64,000 bases of DNA, from assembly GCF_009914755.1 (NCBI RefSeq), contig NC_060931.1. One strand, 5' to 3'. Positions 1 through 13,400 of this stretch are shown here, piece after piece. This DNA comes from the human T2T-CHM13v2.0 reference genome, Homo sapiens. The position numbers and the translations under genes are program-made. A model generated the notes under the pieces. That model ran no database searches. It was not told the origin of the DNA and saw only the letters and a program-made list of their open reading frames with translations. Each line of letters begins with the position of its first letter. Within the stretch, counting starts at the first letter, position 1.

Positions 1-51
1 AAACACTCTGTTTGTAAAGTCTGCAAGTGGATATATGGACCGCATTGAGGC

Positions 52-68
52 CTTCGTTGGAAACGGGA
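52..68 (+). promoter_or_regulatory. CENP-B box, canonical (box 1 of the HOR; repeated about every 1022 bp)
   Basis: CTTCGTTGGAAACGGGA matches the consensus YTTCGTTGGAARCGGGA exactly. Confidence 0.97.
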
Positions 69-733
69 TTTCTTCATTTCATGCTAGACAGAAGAATTCT
101 CAGTAACTTCTTTGTGCTGTGTGTATTCACCTCACAGAGTGGAACGTCCCTTTGCACAGAGCAGATTTGAAACACTCTTTTTGTGGAGTTTGCAAGTGGA
201 GATTTCAAGCGATTTGATGCCAACAGTAGAAAAGTAAATATCTTCAAATAAAAACTAGACAGAATCATTCTCAGAAACTACTTTGTGATGTGTGCCTTCA
301 ACTCACAGAGTTCAACCTTTCTTTTCTTAGAGCAGTTTAGAAACACTCTGCTTGTTATGTCTGCAAGTGGATATTTGGACCTCTTTGAGGCCTTCGTTGC
401 AAACGGCGTTTCTTCCTTTCATGCTAGACTAAGAAGAGTTCTCAGTAACTTTTTTGTGTTGTGTGTATTCAACTCACAGAGTTGAACCTTGCTTTAGAGA
501 GAGCAGATTTGAAACACTCTTGCTGTGGCATTTTCAGGTGGAGATTTCAAGCGATTTGAGGACAATTGCAGAAAAGGAAATATCTTCGTATAATAACCAG
601 ACAGAATCATTCTCAGAAAGTGCTTTGTGATGTGTGCGTTCAACTCACAGAGTTTAACCTTTCTTTTCATAGAGGAGTTTGGAAACACACTGTTTGTAAA
701 GTCTGCAAGTGGATACATGGACCTGTTTGAGGC

Positions 734-750
734 CTTCGTTGGAAACGGGA
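734..750 (+). promoter_or_regulatory. CENP-B box, canonical (box 3 of the HOR; repeated in every HOR)
   Basis: CTTCGTTGGAAACGGGA is an exact consensus match. Confidence 0.97.
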
Positions 751-1413
751 TTTCTTCATTGAATGCTAGACGGAAGAATTCTCAGTAAATTCTTTGTGTT
801 GTGTGCATTCAACTCACAGAGTGGAACGTCCCTTTAGACAGAGCAGATTTGAAACACTCTTTTTGCGGAATTTGCAAGTGGAGATTTCTAGCCATTTGAT
901 GCCAACAGTAGAAAGGGAAATATCTTCAAATAAAAACCAGACAGAATCATTCTCAGAAAATTCTTTGTGATGTGTGCGTTCAACTCACATAGTTTAACCT
1001 TTCTTTTCATAGAGCAGTTTGGAAACACTCTGTTTGTAAAGTCTGCAAGTGGATATATGGACCGCATTGAGGCCTTCGTTGGAAACGGGATTTCTTCATT
1101 TCATGCTAGACAGAAGAATTCTCAGTAACTTCTTTGTGCCGTGTGTATTCAACTCACAGAGTGGAACGTCCCTTTGCACAGAGCAGATTTGAAACACTCT
1201 TTTTGTGGAGTTTGCAAGTGGAGATTTCAAGCGATTTGATGCCAACAGTAGAAAAGGAAATATCTTCAAATAAAAACTAGACAGAATCATTCTCAGAAAC
1301 TACTTTGTGATGTGTGCCTTCAACTCACAGAGTTCAACCTTTCTTTTCTTAGAGCAGTTTAGAAACACTCTGCTTGTTATGTCTGCAAGTGGATATTTGG
1401 ACCTCTTTGAGGC

Positions 1414-1430
1414 CTTCGTTGCAAACGGGG
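1414..1430 (+). promoter_or_regulatory. CENP-B box, variant with intact core (box 2 of the HOR)
   Basis: CTTCGTTGCAAACGGGG retains the 9 core bases TTCG----A--CGGG and differs only at non-core positions 9 and 17. Confidence 0.85.
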
Positions 1431-4400
1431 TTTCTTCCTTTCATGCTAGACTAAGAAGAGTTCTCAGTAACTTTTTTGTGTTGTGTGTATTCAACTCACA
1501 GAGTTGAACCTTGCTTTAGAGAGAGCAGATTTGAAACACTCTTGCTGTGGCATTTTCAGGTGGAGATTTCAAGCGATTTGAGGACAATTGCAGAAAAGGA
1601 AATATCTTCGTATAATAACCAGACAGAATCATTCTCAGAAAGTGCTTTGTGATGTGTGCGTTCAACTCACAGAGTTTAACCTTTCTTTTCATAGAGGAGT
1701 TTGGAAACACACTGTTTGTAAAGTCTGCAAGTGGATACATGGACCTGTTTGAGGCCTTCGTTGGAAACGGGATTTCTTCATTGAATGCTAGACGGAAGAA
1801 TTCTCAGTAAATTCTTTGTGTTGTGTGCATTCAACTCACAGAGTGGAACGTCCCTTTAGACAGAGCAGATTTGAAACACTCTTTTTGCGGAATTTGCAAG
1901 TGGAGATTTCTAGCCATTTGATGCCAACAGTAGAAAGGGAAATATCTTCAAATAAAAACCAGACAGAATCATTCTCAGAAAATTCTTTGTGATGTGTGCG
2001 TTCAACTCACATAGTTTAACCTTTCTTTTCATAGAGCAGTTTGGAAACACTCTGTTTGTAAAGTCTGCAAGTGGATATATGGACCGCATTGAGGCCTTCG
2101 TTGGAAACGGGATTTCTTCATTTCATGCTAGACAGAAGAATTCTCAGTAACTTCTTTGTGCTGTGTGTATTCAACTCACAGAGTGGAACGTCCCTTTGCA
2201 CAGAGCAGATTTGAAACACTCTTTTTGTGGAGTTTGCAAGTGGAGATTTCAAGCGATTTGATGCCAACAGTAGAAAAGGAAATATCTTCAAATAAAAACT
2301 AGACAGAATCATTCTCAGAAACTACTTTGTGATGTGTGCCTTCAACTCACAGAGTTTAACCTTTCTTTTCTTAGAGCAGTTTAGAAACACTCTGCTTGTT
2401 ATGTCTGCAAGTGGATATTTGGACCTCTTTGAGGCCTTCGTTGCAAACGGGTTTTCTTCCTTTCATGCTAGACTAAGAAGAGTTCTCAGTAACTTTTTTG
2501 TGTTGTGTGTATTCAACTCACAGAGTTGAACCTTGCTTTAGAGAGAGCAGATTTGAAACACTCTTGCTGTGGCATTTTCAGGTGGAGATTTCAAGCGATT
2601 TGAGGACAATTGCAGAAAAGGAAATATCTTCGTATAATAACCAGACAGAATCATTCTCAGAAAGTGCTTTGTGATGTGTGCGTTCAACTCACAGAGTTTA
2701 ACCTTTCTTTTCATAGAGGAGTTTGGAAACACACTGTTTGTAAAGACTGCAAGTGGATACATGGACCTGTTTGAGGCCTTCGTTGGAAACGGGATTTCTT
2801 CATTGAATGCTAGACGGAAGAATTCTCAGTAAATTCTTTGTGTTGTGTGCATTCAACTCACAGAGTGGAACGTCCCTTTAGACAGAGCAGATTTGAAACA
2901 CTCTTTTTGCGGAATTTGCAAGTGGAGATTTCTAGCCATTTGATGCCAACAGTAGAAAGGGAAATATCTTCAAATAAAAACCAGACAGAATCATTCTCAG
3001 AAAATTCTTTGTGATGTGTGCGTTCAACTCACATAGTTTAACCTTTCTTTTCATAGAGCAGTTTGGAAACACTCTGTTTGTAAAGTCTGCAAGTGGATAT
3101 ATGGACCGCATTGAGGCCTTCGTTGGAAACGGGATTTCTTCATTTCATGCTAGACAGAAGAATTCTCAGTAACTTCTTTGTGCTGTGTGTATTCAACTCA
3201 CAGAGTGGAACGTCCCTTTGCACAGAGCAGATTTGAAACACTCTTTTTGTGGAGTTTGCAAGTGGAGATTTCAAGCGATTTGATGCCAACAGTAGAAAAG
3301 GAAATATCTTCAAATAAAAACTAGACAGAATCATTCTCAGAAACTACTTTGTGATGTGTGCCTTCAACTCACAGAGTTTAACCTTTCTTTTCTTAGAGCA
3401 GTTTAGAAACACTCTGCTTGTTATGTCTGCAAGTGGATATTTGGACCTCTTTGAGGCCTTCGTTGCAAACGGGTTTTCTTCCTTTCATGCTAGACTAAGA
3501 AGAGTTCTCAGTAACTTTTTTGTGTTGTGGGTATTCAACTCACAGAGTTGAACCTTGCTTTAGAGAGAGCAGATTTGAAACACTGTTGCTGTTGCATTTT
3601 CAGCTGGAGATTTCAAGCGATTTGAGGACAATTGCAGAAAAGGAAATATCTTCGTATAATAACCAGACAGAATCATTCTCAGAAAGTGCTTTGTGATGTG
3701 TGCGTTCAACTCACAGAGTTTAACCTTTCTTTTCATAGAGGAGTTTGGAAACACACTGTTTGTAAAGACTGCAAGTGGATACATGGACCTGTTTGAGGCC
3801 TTCGTTGGAAACGGGATTTCTTCATTGAATGCTAGACGGAAGAATTCTCAGTAAATTCTTTGTGTTGTGTGCATTCAACTCACAGAGTGGAACGTCCCTT
3901 TAGACAGAGCAGATTTGAAACACTCTTTTTGCGGAATTTGCAAGTGGAGATTTCTAGCCATTTGATGCCAACAGTAGAAAGGGAAATATCTTCAAATAAA
4001 AACCAGACAGAATCATTCTCAGAAAATTCTTTGTGATGTGTGCGTTCAACTCACATAGTTTAACCTTTCTTTTCATAGAGCAGTTTGGAAACACTCTGTT
4101 TGTAAAGTCTGCAAGTGGATATATGGACCGCATTGAGGCCTTCGTTGGAAACGGGATTTCTTCATTTCATGCTAGACAGAAGAATTCTCAGTAACTTCTT
4201 TGTGCTGTGTGTATTCAACTCACAGAGTGGAACGTCCCTTTGCACAGAGCAGATTTGAAACACTCTTTTTGTGGAGTTTGCAAGTGGAGATTTCAAGCGA
4301 TTTGATGCCAACAGTAGAAAAGGAAATATCTTCAAATAAAAACTAGACAGAATCATTCTCAGAAACTACTTTGTGATGTGTGCCTTCAACTCACAGAGTT

Positions 4401-7400
4401 TAACCTTTCTTTTCTTAGAGCAGTTTAGAAACACTCTGCTTGTTATGTCTGCAAGTGGATATTTGGACCTCTTTGAGGCCTTCGTTGCAAACGGGGTTTC
4501 TTCCTTTCATGCTAGACTAAGAAGAGTTCTCAGTAACTTTTTTGTGTTGTGTGTATTCAACTCACAGAGTTGAACCTTGCTTTAGAGAGAGCAGATTTGA
4601 AACACTCTTGCTGTGGCATTTTCAGGTGGAGATTTCAAGCGATTTGAGGACAATTGCAGAAAAGGAAATATCTTCGTATAATAACCAGACAGAATCATTC
4701 TCAGAAAGTGCTTTGTGATGTGTGCGTTCAACTCACAGAGTTTAACCTTTCTTTTCATAGAGGAGTTTGGAAACACACTGTTTGTAAAGTCTGCAAGTGG
4801 ATATATGGACCTGTTTGAGGCCTTCGTTGGAAACGGGATTTCTTCATTGAATGCTAGACGGAAAAATTCTCAGTAAATTCTTTGTGTTGTGTGCATTCAA
4901 CTCACAGAGTGGAACGTCCCTTTAGACAGAGCAGATTTGAAACACTCTTTTTGCGGAATTTGCAAGTGGAGATTTCTAGCCATTTGATGCCAACAGTAGA
5001 AAGGGAAATATCTTCAAATAAAAACCAGACAGAATCATTCTCAGAAAATTCTTTGTGATGTGTGCGTTCAACTCACATAGTTTAACCTTTCTTTTCATAG
5101 AGCAGTTTGGAAACACACTGTTTGTAAAGTCTGCAAGTGGATATATGGACCGCATTGAGGCCTTCGTTGGAAACGGGATTTCTTCATTTCATGCTAGACA
5201 GAAGAATTCTCAGTAACTTCTTTGTGCTGTGTGTATTCAACTCACAGAGTGGAACGTCCCTTTGCACAGAGCAGATTTGAAACACTCTTTTTGTGGAGTT
5301 TGCAAGTGGAGATTTCAAGCGATTTGATGCCAACAGTAGAAAAGGAAATATCTTCAAATAGAAACTAGACAGAATCATTCTCAGAAACTACTTTGTGATG
5401 TGTGCCTTCAACTCACAGAGTTTAACCTTTCTTTTCTTAGAGCAGTTTAGAAACACTCTGCTTGTTACGTCTGCAAGTGGATATTTGGACCTCTTTGAGG
5501 CCTTCGTTGCAAACGGGGTTTCTTCCTTTCATGCTAGACTAAGAAGAGTTCTCAGTAACTTTTTTGTGTTGTGTGTATTCAACTCACAGAGTTGAACCTT
5601 GCTTTAGAGAGAGCAGATTTGAAACACTCTTGCTGTGGCATTTTCAGGTGGAGATTTCAAGCGATTTGAGGACAATTGCAGAAAAGGAAATATCTTCGTA
5701 TAATAACCAGACAGAATCATTCTCAGAAAGTGCTTTGTGATGTGTGCGTTCAACTCACAGAGTTTAACCTTTCTTTTCATAGAGGAGTTTGGAAACACAC
5801 TGTTTGTAAAGTCTGCAAGTGGATATATGGACCTGTTTGAGGCCTTCGTTGGAAACGGGATTTCTTCATTGAATGCTAGACGGAAGAATTCTCAGTAAAT
5901 TCTTTGTGTTGTGTGCATTCAACTCACAGAGTGGAACGTCCCTTTAGACAGAGCAGATTTGAAACACTCTTTTTGCGGAATTTGCAAGTGGAGATTTCTA
6001 GCCATTTGATGCCAACAGTAGAAAGGGAAATATCTTCAAATAAAAACCAGACAGAATCATTCTCAGAAAATTCTTTGTGATGTGTGCGTTCAACTCACAT
6101 AGTTTAACCTTTCTTTTCATAGAGCAGTTTGGAAACACTCTGTTTGTAAAGTCTGCAAGTGGATATATGGACCGCATTGAGGCCTTCGTTGGAAACGGGA
6201 TTTCTTCATTTCATGCTAGACAGAAGAATTCTCAGTAACTTCTTTGTGCTGTGTGTATTCAACTGACAGAGTGGAACGTCCCTTTGCACAGAGCAGATTT
6301 GAAACACTCTTTTTGTGGAGTTTGCAAGTGGAGATTTCAAGCAATTTGATGCCAACAGTAGAAAAGGAAATATCTTCAAATAAAAACTAGACAGAATCAT
6401 TCTCAGAAACTACTTTGTGATGTGTGCCTTCAACTCACAGAGTTTAACCTTTCTTTTCTCAGAGCAGTTTAGAAACACTCTGCTTGTTATGTCTGCAAGT
6501 GGATATTTGGACCTCTTTGAGGCCTTCGTTGCAAACGGGGTTTCTTCCTTTCATGCTAGACTAAGAAGAGTTCTCAGTAACTTTTTTGTGTTGTGTGTAT
6601 TCAACTCACAGAGTTGAACCTTGCTTTAGAGAGAGCAGATTTGAAACACTCTTGCTGTGGCATTTTCAGCTGGAGATTTCAAGCGACTTGAGGACAATTG
6701 CAGAAAAGGAAATATCTTCGTATAATAACCAGACAGAATCATTCTCAGAAAGTGCTTTGTGATGTGTGCATTCAACTCACAGAGTTTAACCTTTCTTTTC
6801 ATAGAGGAGTTTGGAAACACACTGTTTGTAAAGACTGCAAGTGGATATATGGACCTGTTTGAGGCCTTCGTTGGAAACGGGATTTCTTCATTGAATGCTA
6901 GACGGAAGAATTCTCAGTAAATTCTTTGTGTTGTGTGCATTCAACTCACAGAGTGGAACGTCCCTTTAGACAGAGCAGATTTGAAACACTCTTTTTGCGG
7001 AATTTGCAAGTGGAGATTTCTAGCCATTTGATGCCAACAGTAGAAAGGGAAATATCTTCAAATAAAAACCAGACAGAATCATTCTCAGAAAATTCTTTGT
7101 GATGTGTGCGTTCAACTCACATAGTTTAACCTTTCTTTTCATAGAGCAGTTTGGAAACACTCTGTTTGTAAAGTCTGCAAGTGGATATATGGACCGCATT
7201 GAGGCCTTCGTTGGAAACGGGATTTCTTCATTTCATGCTAGACAGAAGAATTCTCAGTAACTTCTTTGTGCTGTGTGTATTCACCTCACAGAGTGGAACG
7301 TCCCTTTGCACAGAGCAGATTTGAAACACTCTTTTTGTGGAGTTTGCAAGTGGAGATTTCAAGCGATTTGATGCCAACAGTAGAAAAGGAAATATCTTCA

Positions 7401-10400
7401 AATAAAAACTAGACAGAATCATTCTCAGAAACTACTTTGTGATGTGTGCCTTCAACTCACAGAGTTCAACCTTTCTTTTCTTAGAGCAGTTTAGAAACAC
7501 TCTGCTTGTTATGTCTGCAAGTGGATATTTGGACCTCTTTGAGGCCTTCGTTGCAAACGGCGTTTCTTCCTTTCATGCTAGACTAAGAAGAGTTCTCAGT
7601 AACTTTTTTGTGTTGTGTGTATTCAACTCACAGAGTTGAACCTTGCTTTAGAGAGAGCAGATTTGAAACACTCTTGCTGTGGCATTTTCAGGTGGAGATT
7701 TCAAGCGATTTGAGGACAATTGCAGAAAAGGAAATATCTTCGTATAATAACCAGACAGAATCATTCTCAGAAAGTGCTTTGTGATGTGTGCGTTCAACTC
7801 ACAGAGTTTAACCTTTCTTTTCATAGAGGAGTTTGGAAACACACTGTTTGTAAAGTCTGCAAGTGGATATATGGACCTGTTTGAGGCCTTCGTTGGAAAC
7901 GGGATTTCTTCATGGAATGCTAGACGGAAGAATTCTCAGTAAATTCTTTGTGTTGTGTGCATTCAACTCACAGAGTGGAACGTCCCTTTAGACAGAGCAG
8001 ATTTGAAACACTCTTTTTGCGGAATTTGCAAGTGGAGATTTCTAGCCATTTGATGCCAACAGTAGAAAGGGAAATATCTTCAAATAAAAACCAGACAGAA
8101 TCATTCTCAGAAAATTCTTTGTGATGTGTGCGTTCAACTCACATAGTTTAACCTTTCTTTTCATAGAGCAGTTTGGAAACACTCTGTTTGTAAAGTCTGC
8201 AAGTGGATATATGGACCGCATTGAGGCCTTCGTTGGAAACGGGATTTCTTCATTTCATGCTAGACAGAAGAATTCTCAGTAACTTCTTTGTGCTGTGTGT
8301 ATTCAACTCACAGAGTGGAACGTCCCTTTGCACAGAGCAGATTTGAAACACTCTTTTTGTGGAGTTTGCAAGTGGAGATTTCAAGCGATTTGATGCCAAC
8401 AGTAGAAAAGGAAATATCTTCAAATAAAAACTAGACAGAATCATTCTCAGAAACTACTTTGTGATGTGTGCCTTCAACTCACAGAGTTTAACCTTTCTTT
8501 TCTTAGAGCAGTTTAGAAACACTCTGCTTGTTATGTCTGCAAGTGGATATTTGGACCTCTTTGAGGCCTTCGTTGCAAACGGGGTTTCTTCCTTTCATGC
8601 TAGACTAAGAAGAGTTCTCAGTAACTTTTTTGTGTTGTGTGTATTCAACTCACAGAGTTGAACCTTGCTTTAGAGAGAGCAGATTTGAAACACTCTTGCT
8701 GTGGCATTTTCAGGTGGAGATTTCAAGCGATTTGAGGACAATTGCAGAAAAGGAAATATCTTCGTATAATAACCAGACAGAATCATTCTCAGAAAGTGCT
8801 TTGTGATGTGTGCGTTCAACTCACAGAGTTTAACCTTTCTTTTCATAGAGGAGTTTGGAAACACACTGTTTGTAAAGTCTGCAAGTGGATATATGGACCT
8901 GTTTGAGGCCTTCGTTGGAAACGGGATTTCTTCATTGAATGCTAGACGGAAGAATTCTCAGTAAATTCTTTGTGTTGTGTGCATTCAACTCACAGAGTGG
9001 AACGTCCCTTTAGACAGAGCAGATTTGAAACACTCTTTTTGCGGAATTTGCAAGTGGAGATTTCTAGCCATTTGATGCCAACAGTAGAAAGGGAAATATC
9101 TTCAAATAAAAACCAGACAGAATCATTCTCAGCAAATTCTTTGTGATGTGTGCGTTCAACTCACATAGTTTAACCTTTCTTTTCATAGAGCAGTTTGGAA
9201 ACACTCTGTTTGTAAAGTCTGCAAGTGGATATATGGACCGCATTGAGGCCTTCGTTGGAAACGGGATTTCTTCATTTCATGCTAGACAGAAGAATTCTCA
9301 GTAACTTCTTTGTGCTGTGTGTATTCAACTCACAGAGTGGAACGTCCCTTTGCACAGAGCAGATTTGAAACACTCTTTTTGTGGAGTTTGCAAGTGGAGA
9401 TTTCAAGCGATTTGATGCCAACAGTAGAAAAGGAAATATCTTCAAATAAAAACTAGGCAGAATCATTCTCAGAAACTACTTTGTGACGTGTGCCTTCAAC
9501 TCACAGAGTTTAACCTTTCTTTTCTTAGAGCAGTTTAGAAACACTCTGCTTGTTATGTCTGCAAGTGGATATTTGGACCTCTTTGAGGCCTTCGTTGCAA
9601 ACGGGGTTTCTTCCTTTCATGCTAGACTAAGAAGAGTTCTCAGTAACTTTTTTGTGTTGTGTGTATTCAACTCACAGAGTTGAACCTTGCTTTAGAGAGA
9701 GCAGATTTGAAACACTCTTGCTGTGGCATTTTCAGGTGGAGATTTCAAGCGATTTGAAGACAATTGCAGAAAAGGAAATATCTTCGTATAATAACCAGAC
9801 AGAATCATTCTCAGAAAGTGCTTTGTGATGTGTGCGTTCAACTCACAGAGTTTAACCTTTCTTTTCATAGAGGAGTTTGGAAACACACTGTTTGTAAAGT
9901 CTGCAAGTGGATATATGGACCTGTTTGAGGCCTTCGTTGGAAACGGGATTTCTTCATTGAATGCTAGACGGAAGAATTCTCAGTAAATTCTTTGTGTTGT
10001 GTGCATTCAACTCACAGAGTGGAACGTCCCTTTAGACAGAGCAGATTTGAAACACTCTTTTTGCGGAATTTGCAAGTGGAGATTTCTAGCCATTTGATGT
10101 CAACAGTAGAAAGGGAAATATCTTCAAATAAAAACCAGACAGAATCATTCTCAGAAAATTCTTTGTGATGTGTGCGTTCAACTCACATAGTTTAACCTTT
10201 CTTTTCATAGAGCAGTTTGGAAACACTCTGTTTGTAAAGTCTGCAAGTGGATATATGGACCGCATTGAGGCCTTCGTTGGAAACGGGATTTCTTCATTTC
10301 ATGCTAGACAGAAGAATTCTCAGTAACTTCTTTGTGCTGTGTGTATTCAACTCACAGAGTGGAACGTCCCTTTGCACAGAGCAGATTTGAAACACTCTTT

Positions 10401-13400
10401 TTGCGGAGTTTGCAAGTGGAGATTTCAAGCGATTTGATGCCAATAGTAGAAAAGGAAATATCTTCAAATAAAAACTAGACAGAATCATTCTCAGAAACTA
10501 CTTTGTGATGTGTGCCTTCAACTCACAGAGTTCAACCTTTCCTTTCTTAGAGCAGTTTAGAAACACTCTGCTTGTTATGTCTGCAAGTGGATATTTGGAC
10601 CTCTTTGAGGCCTTCGTTGCAAACGGGGTTTCTTCCTTTCATGCTAGACTAAGAAGAGTTCTCAGTAACTTTTTTGTGTTGTGTGTATTCAACTCACAGA
10701 GTTGAACCTTGCTTTAGAGAGAGCAGATTTGAAACACTCTTGCTGTGGCATTTTCAGGTGGAGATTTCAAGCGATTTGAGGACAATTGCAGAAAAGGAAA
10801 TATCTTCGTATAATAACCAGACAGAATCATTCTCAGAAAGTGCTTTGTGATGTGTGCGTTCAACTCACAGAGTTTAACCTTTCTTTTCATAGAGGAGTTT
10901 GGAAACACACTGTTTGTAAAGTCTGCAAGTGGATACATGGACCTGTTTGAGGCCTTCGTTGGAAACGGGATTTCTTCATTGAATGCTAGACGGAAGAATT
11001 CTCAGTAAATTCTTTGTGTTGTGTGCATTCAACTCACAGAGTGGAACGTCCCTTTAGACAGAGCAGATTTGAAACACTCTTTTTGCGGAATTTGCAAGTG
11101 GAGATTTCTAGCCATTTGATGCCAACAGTAGAAAGGGAAATATCTTCAAATAAAAACCAGACAGAATCATTCTCAGAAAATTCTTTGTGATGTGTGCGTT
11201 CAACTCACATAGTTTAACCTTTCTTTTCATAGAGCAGTTTGGAAACACTCTGTTTGTAAAGTCTGCAAGTGGATATATGGACCGCATTGAGGCCTTCGTT
11301 GGAAACGGGATTTCTTCATTTCATGCTAGACAGAAGAATTCTCAGTAACTTCTTTGTGCTGTGTGTATTCAACTCACAGAGTGGAACGTCCCTTTGCACA
11401 GAGCAGATTTGAAACACTCTTTTTGTGGAGTTTGCAAGTGGAGATTTCAAGCGATTTGATGCCAACAGTAGAAAAGGAAATATCTTCAAATAAAAACTAG
11501 ACAGAATCATTCTCAGAAACTACTTTGTGATGTGTGCCTTCAACTCACAGAGTTCAACCTTTCTTTTCTTAGAGCAGTTTAGAAACACTCTGCTTGTTAT
11601 GTCTGCAAGTGGATATTTGGACCTCTTTGAGGCCTTCGTTGCAAACGGGGTTTCTTCCTTTCATGCTAGACTAAGAAGAGTTCTCAGTAACTTTTTTGTG
11701 TTGTGTGTATTCAACTCACAGAGTTGAACCTTGCTTTAGAGAGAGCAGATTTGAAACACTCTTGCTGTGGCATTTTCAGGTGGAGATTTCAAGCGATTTG
11801 AGGACAATTGCAGAAAAGGAAATATCTTCGTATAATAACCAGACAGAATCATTCTCAGAAAGTGCTTTGTGATGTGTGCGTTCAACTCACAGAGTTTAAC
11901 CTTTCTTTTCATAGAGGAGTTTGGAAACACACTGTTTGTAAAGTCTGCAAGTGGATACATGGACCTGTTTGAGGCCTTCGTTGGAAACGGGATTTCTTCA
12001 TTGAATGCTAGACGGAAGAATTCTCAGTAAATTCTTTGTGTTGTGTGCATTCAACTCACAGAGTGGAACGTCCCTTTAGACAGAGCAGATTTGAAACACT
12101 CTTTTTGCGGAATTTGCAAGTGGAGATTTCTAGCCATTTGATGCCAACAGTAGAAAGGGAAATATCTTCAAATAAAAACCAGACAGAATCATTCTCAGAA
12201 AATTCTTTGTGATGTGTGCGTTCAACTCACATAGTTTAACCTTTCTTTTCATAGAGCAGTTTGGAAACACTCTGTTTGTAAAGTCTGCAAGTGGATATAT
12301 GGACCGCATTGAGGCCTTCGTTGGAAACGGGATTTCTTCATTTCATGCTAGACAGAAGAATTCTCAGTAACTTCTTTGTGCTGTGTGTATTCAACTCACA
12401 GAGTGGAACGTCCCTTTGCACAGAGCAGATTTGAAACACTCTTTTTGTGGAGTTTGCAAGTGGAGATTTCAAGCGATTTGATGCCAACAGTAGAAAAGGA
12501 AATATCTTCAAATAAAAACTAGACAGAATCATTCTCAGAAACTACTTTGTGATGTGTGCCTTCAACTCACAGAGTTCAACCTTTCTTTTCTTAGAGCAGT
12601 TTAGAAACACTCTGCTTGTTATGTCTGCAAGTGGATATTTGGACCTCTTTGAGGCCTTCGTTGCAAACGGGGTTTCTTCCTTTCATGCTAGACTAAGAAG
12701 AGTTCTCAGTAACTTTTTTGTGTTGTGTGTATTCAACTCACAGAGTTGAACCTTGCTTTAGAGAGAGCAGATTTGAAACACTCTTGCTGTGGCATTTTCA
12801 GGTGGAGATTTCAAGCGATTTGAGGACAATTGCAGAAAAGGAAATATCTTCGTATAATAACCAGACAGAATCATTCTCAGAAAGTGCTTTGTGATGTGTG
12901 CGTTCAACTCACAGAGTTTAACCTTTCTTTTCATAGAGGAGTTTGGAAACACACTGTTTGTAAAGTCTGCAAGTGGATACATGGACCTGTTTGAGGCCTT
13001 CGTTGGAAACGGGATTTCTTCATTGAATGCTAGACGGAAGAATTCTCAGTAAATTCTTTGTGTTGTGTGCATTCAACTCACAGAGTGGAACGTCCCTTTA
13101 GACAGAGCAGATTTGAAACACTCTTTTTGCGGAATTTGCAAGTGGAGATTTCTAGCCATTTGATGCCAACAGTAGAAAGGGAAATATCTTCAAATAAAAA
13201 CCAGACAGAATCATTCTCAGAAAATTCTTTGTGATGTGTGCGTTCAACTCACATAGTTTAACCTTTCTTTTCATAGAGCAGTTTGGAAACACTCTGTTTG
13301 TAAAGTCTGCAAGTGGATATATGGACCGCATTGAGGCCTTCGTTGGAAACGGGATTTCTTCATTTCATGCTAGACAGAAGAATTCTCAGTAACTTCTTTG

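Larger units (their letters stand above)
52..1073 (+). repeat. One representative 6-mer HOR unit (three dimers of 340, 342 and 340 bp)
   Basis: CENP-B box starts at 52, 392, 734 and 1074. The 342-bp dimer carries an extra 2 bp (CTAGACTAAGAAG versus CTAGACAGAAG) near 430. Confidence 0.93.

Noticed and set aside
220-240. pJ-alpha (A-box) site in the monomers lacking a CENP-B box
   Set aside because: The match is only partial (AGTAGAAAAGGAA-like). It is expected for A-type monomers and not supportable as a functional site.
261-278. Short dyad or heat-shock-element-like motif (AGAATCATTCTCAGAA)
   Set aside because: It is an ordinary part of the alphoid monomer consensus, and the sequence gives no evidence of a distinct function.
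4861-4870. EcoRI site losses at 4864 and 17813
   Set aside because: These are isolated point mutations that matter only as restriction markers.
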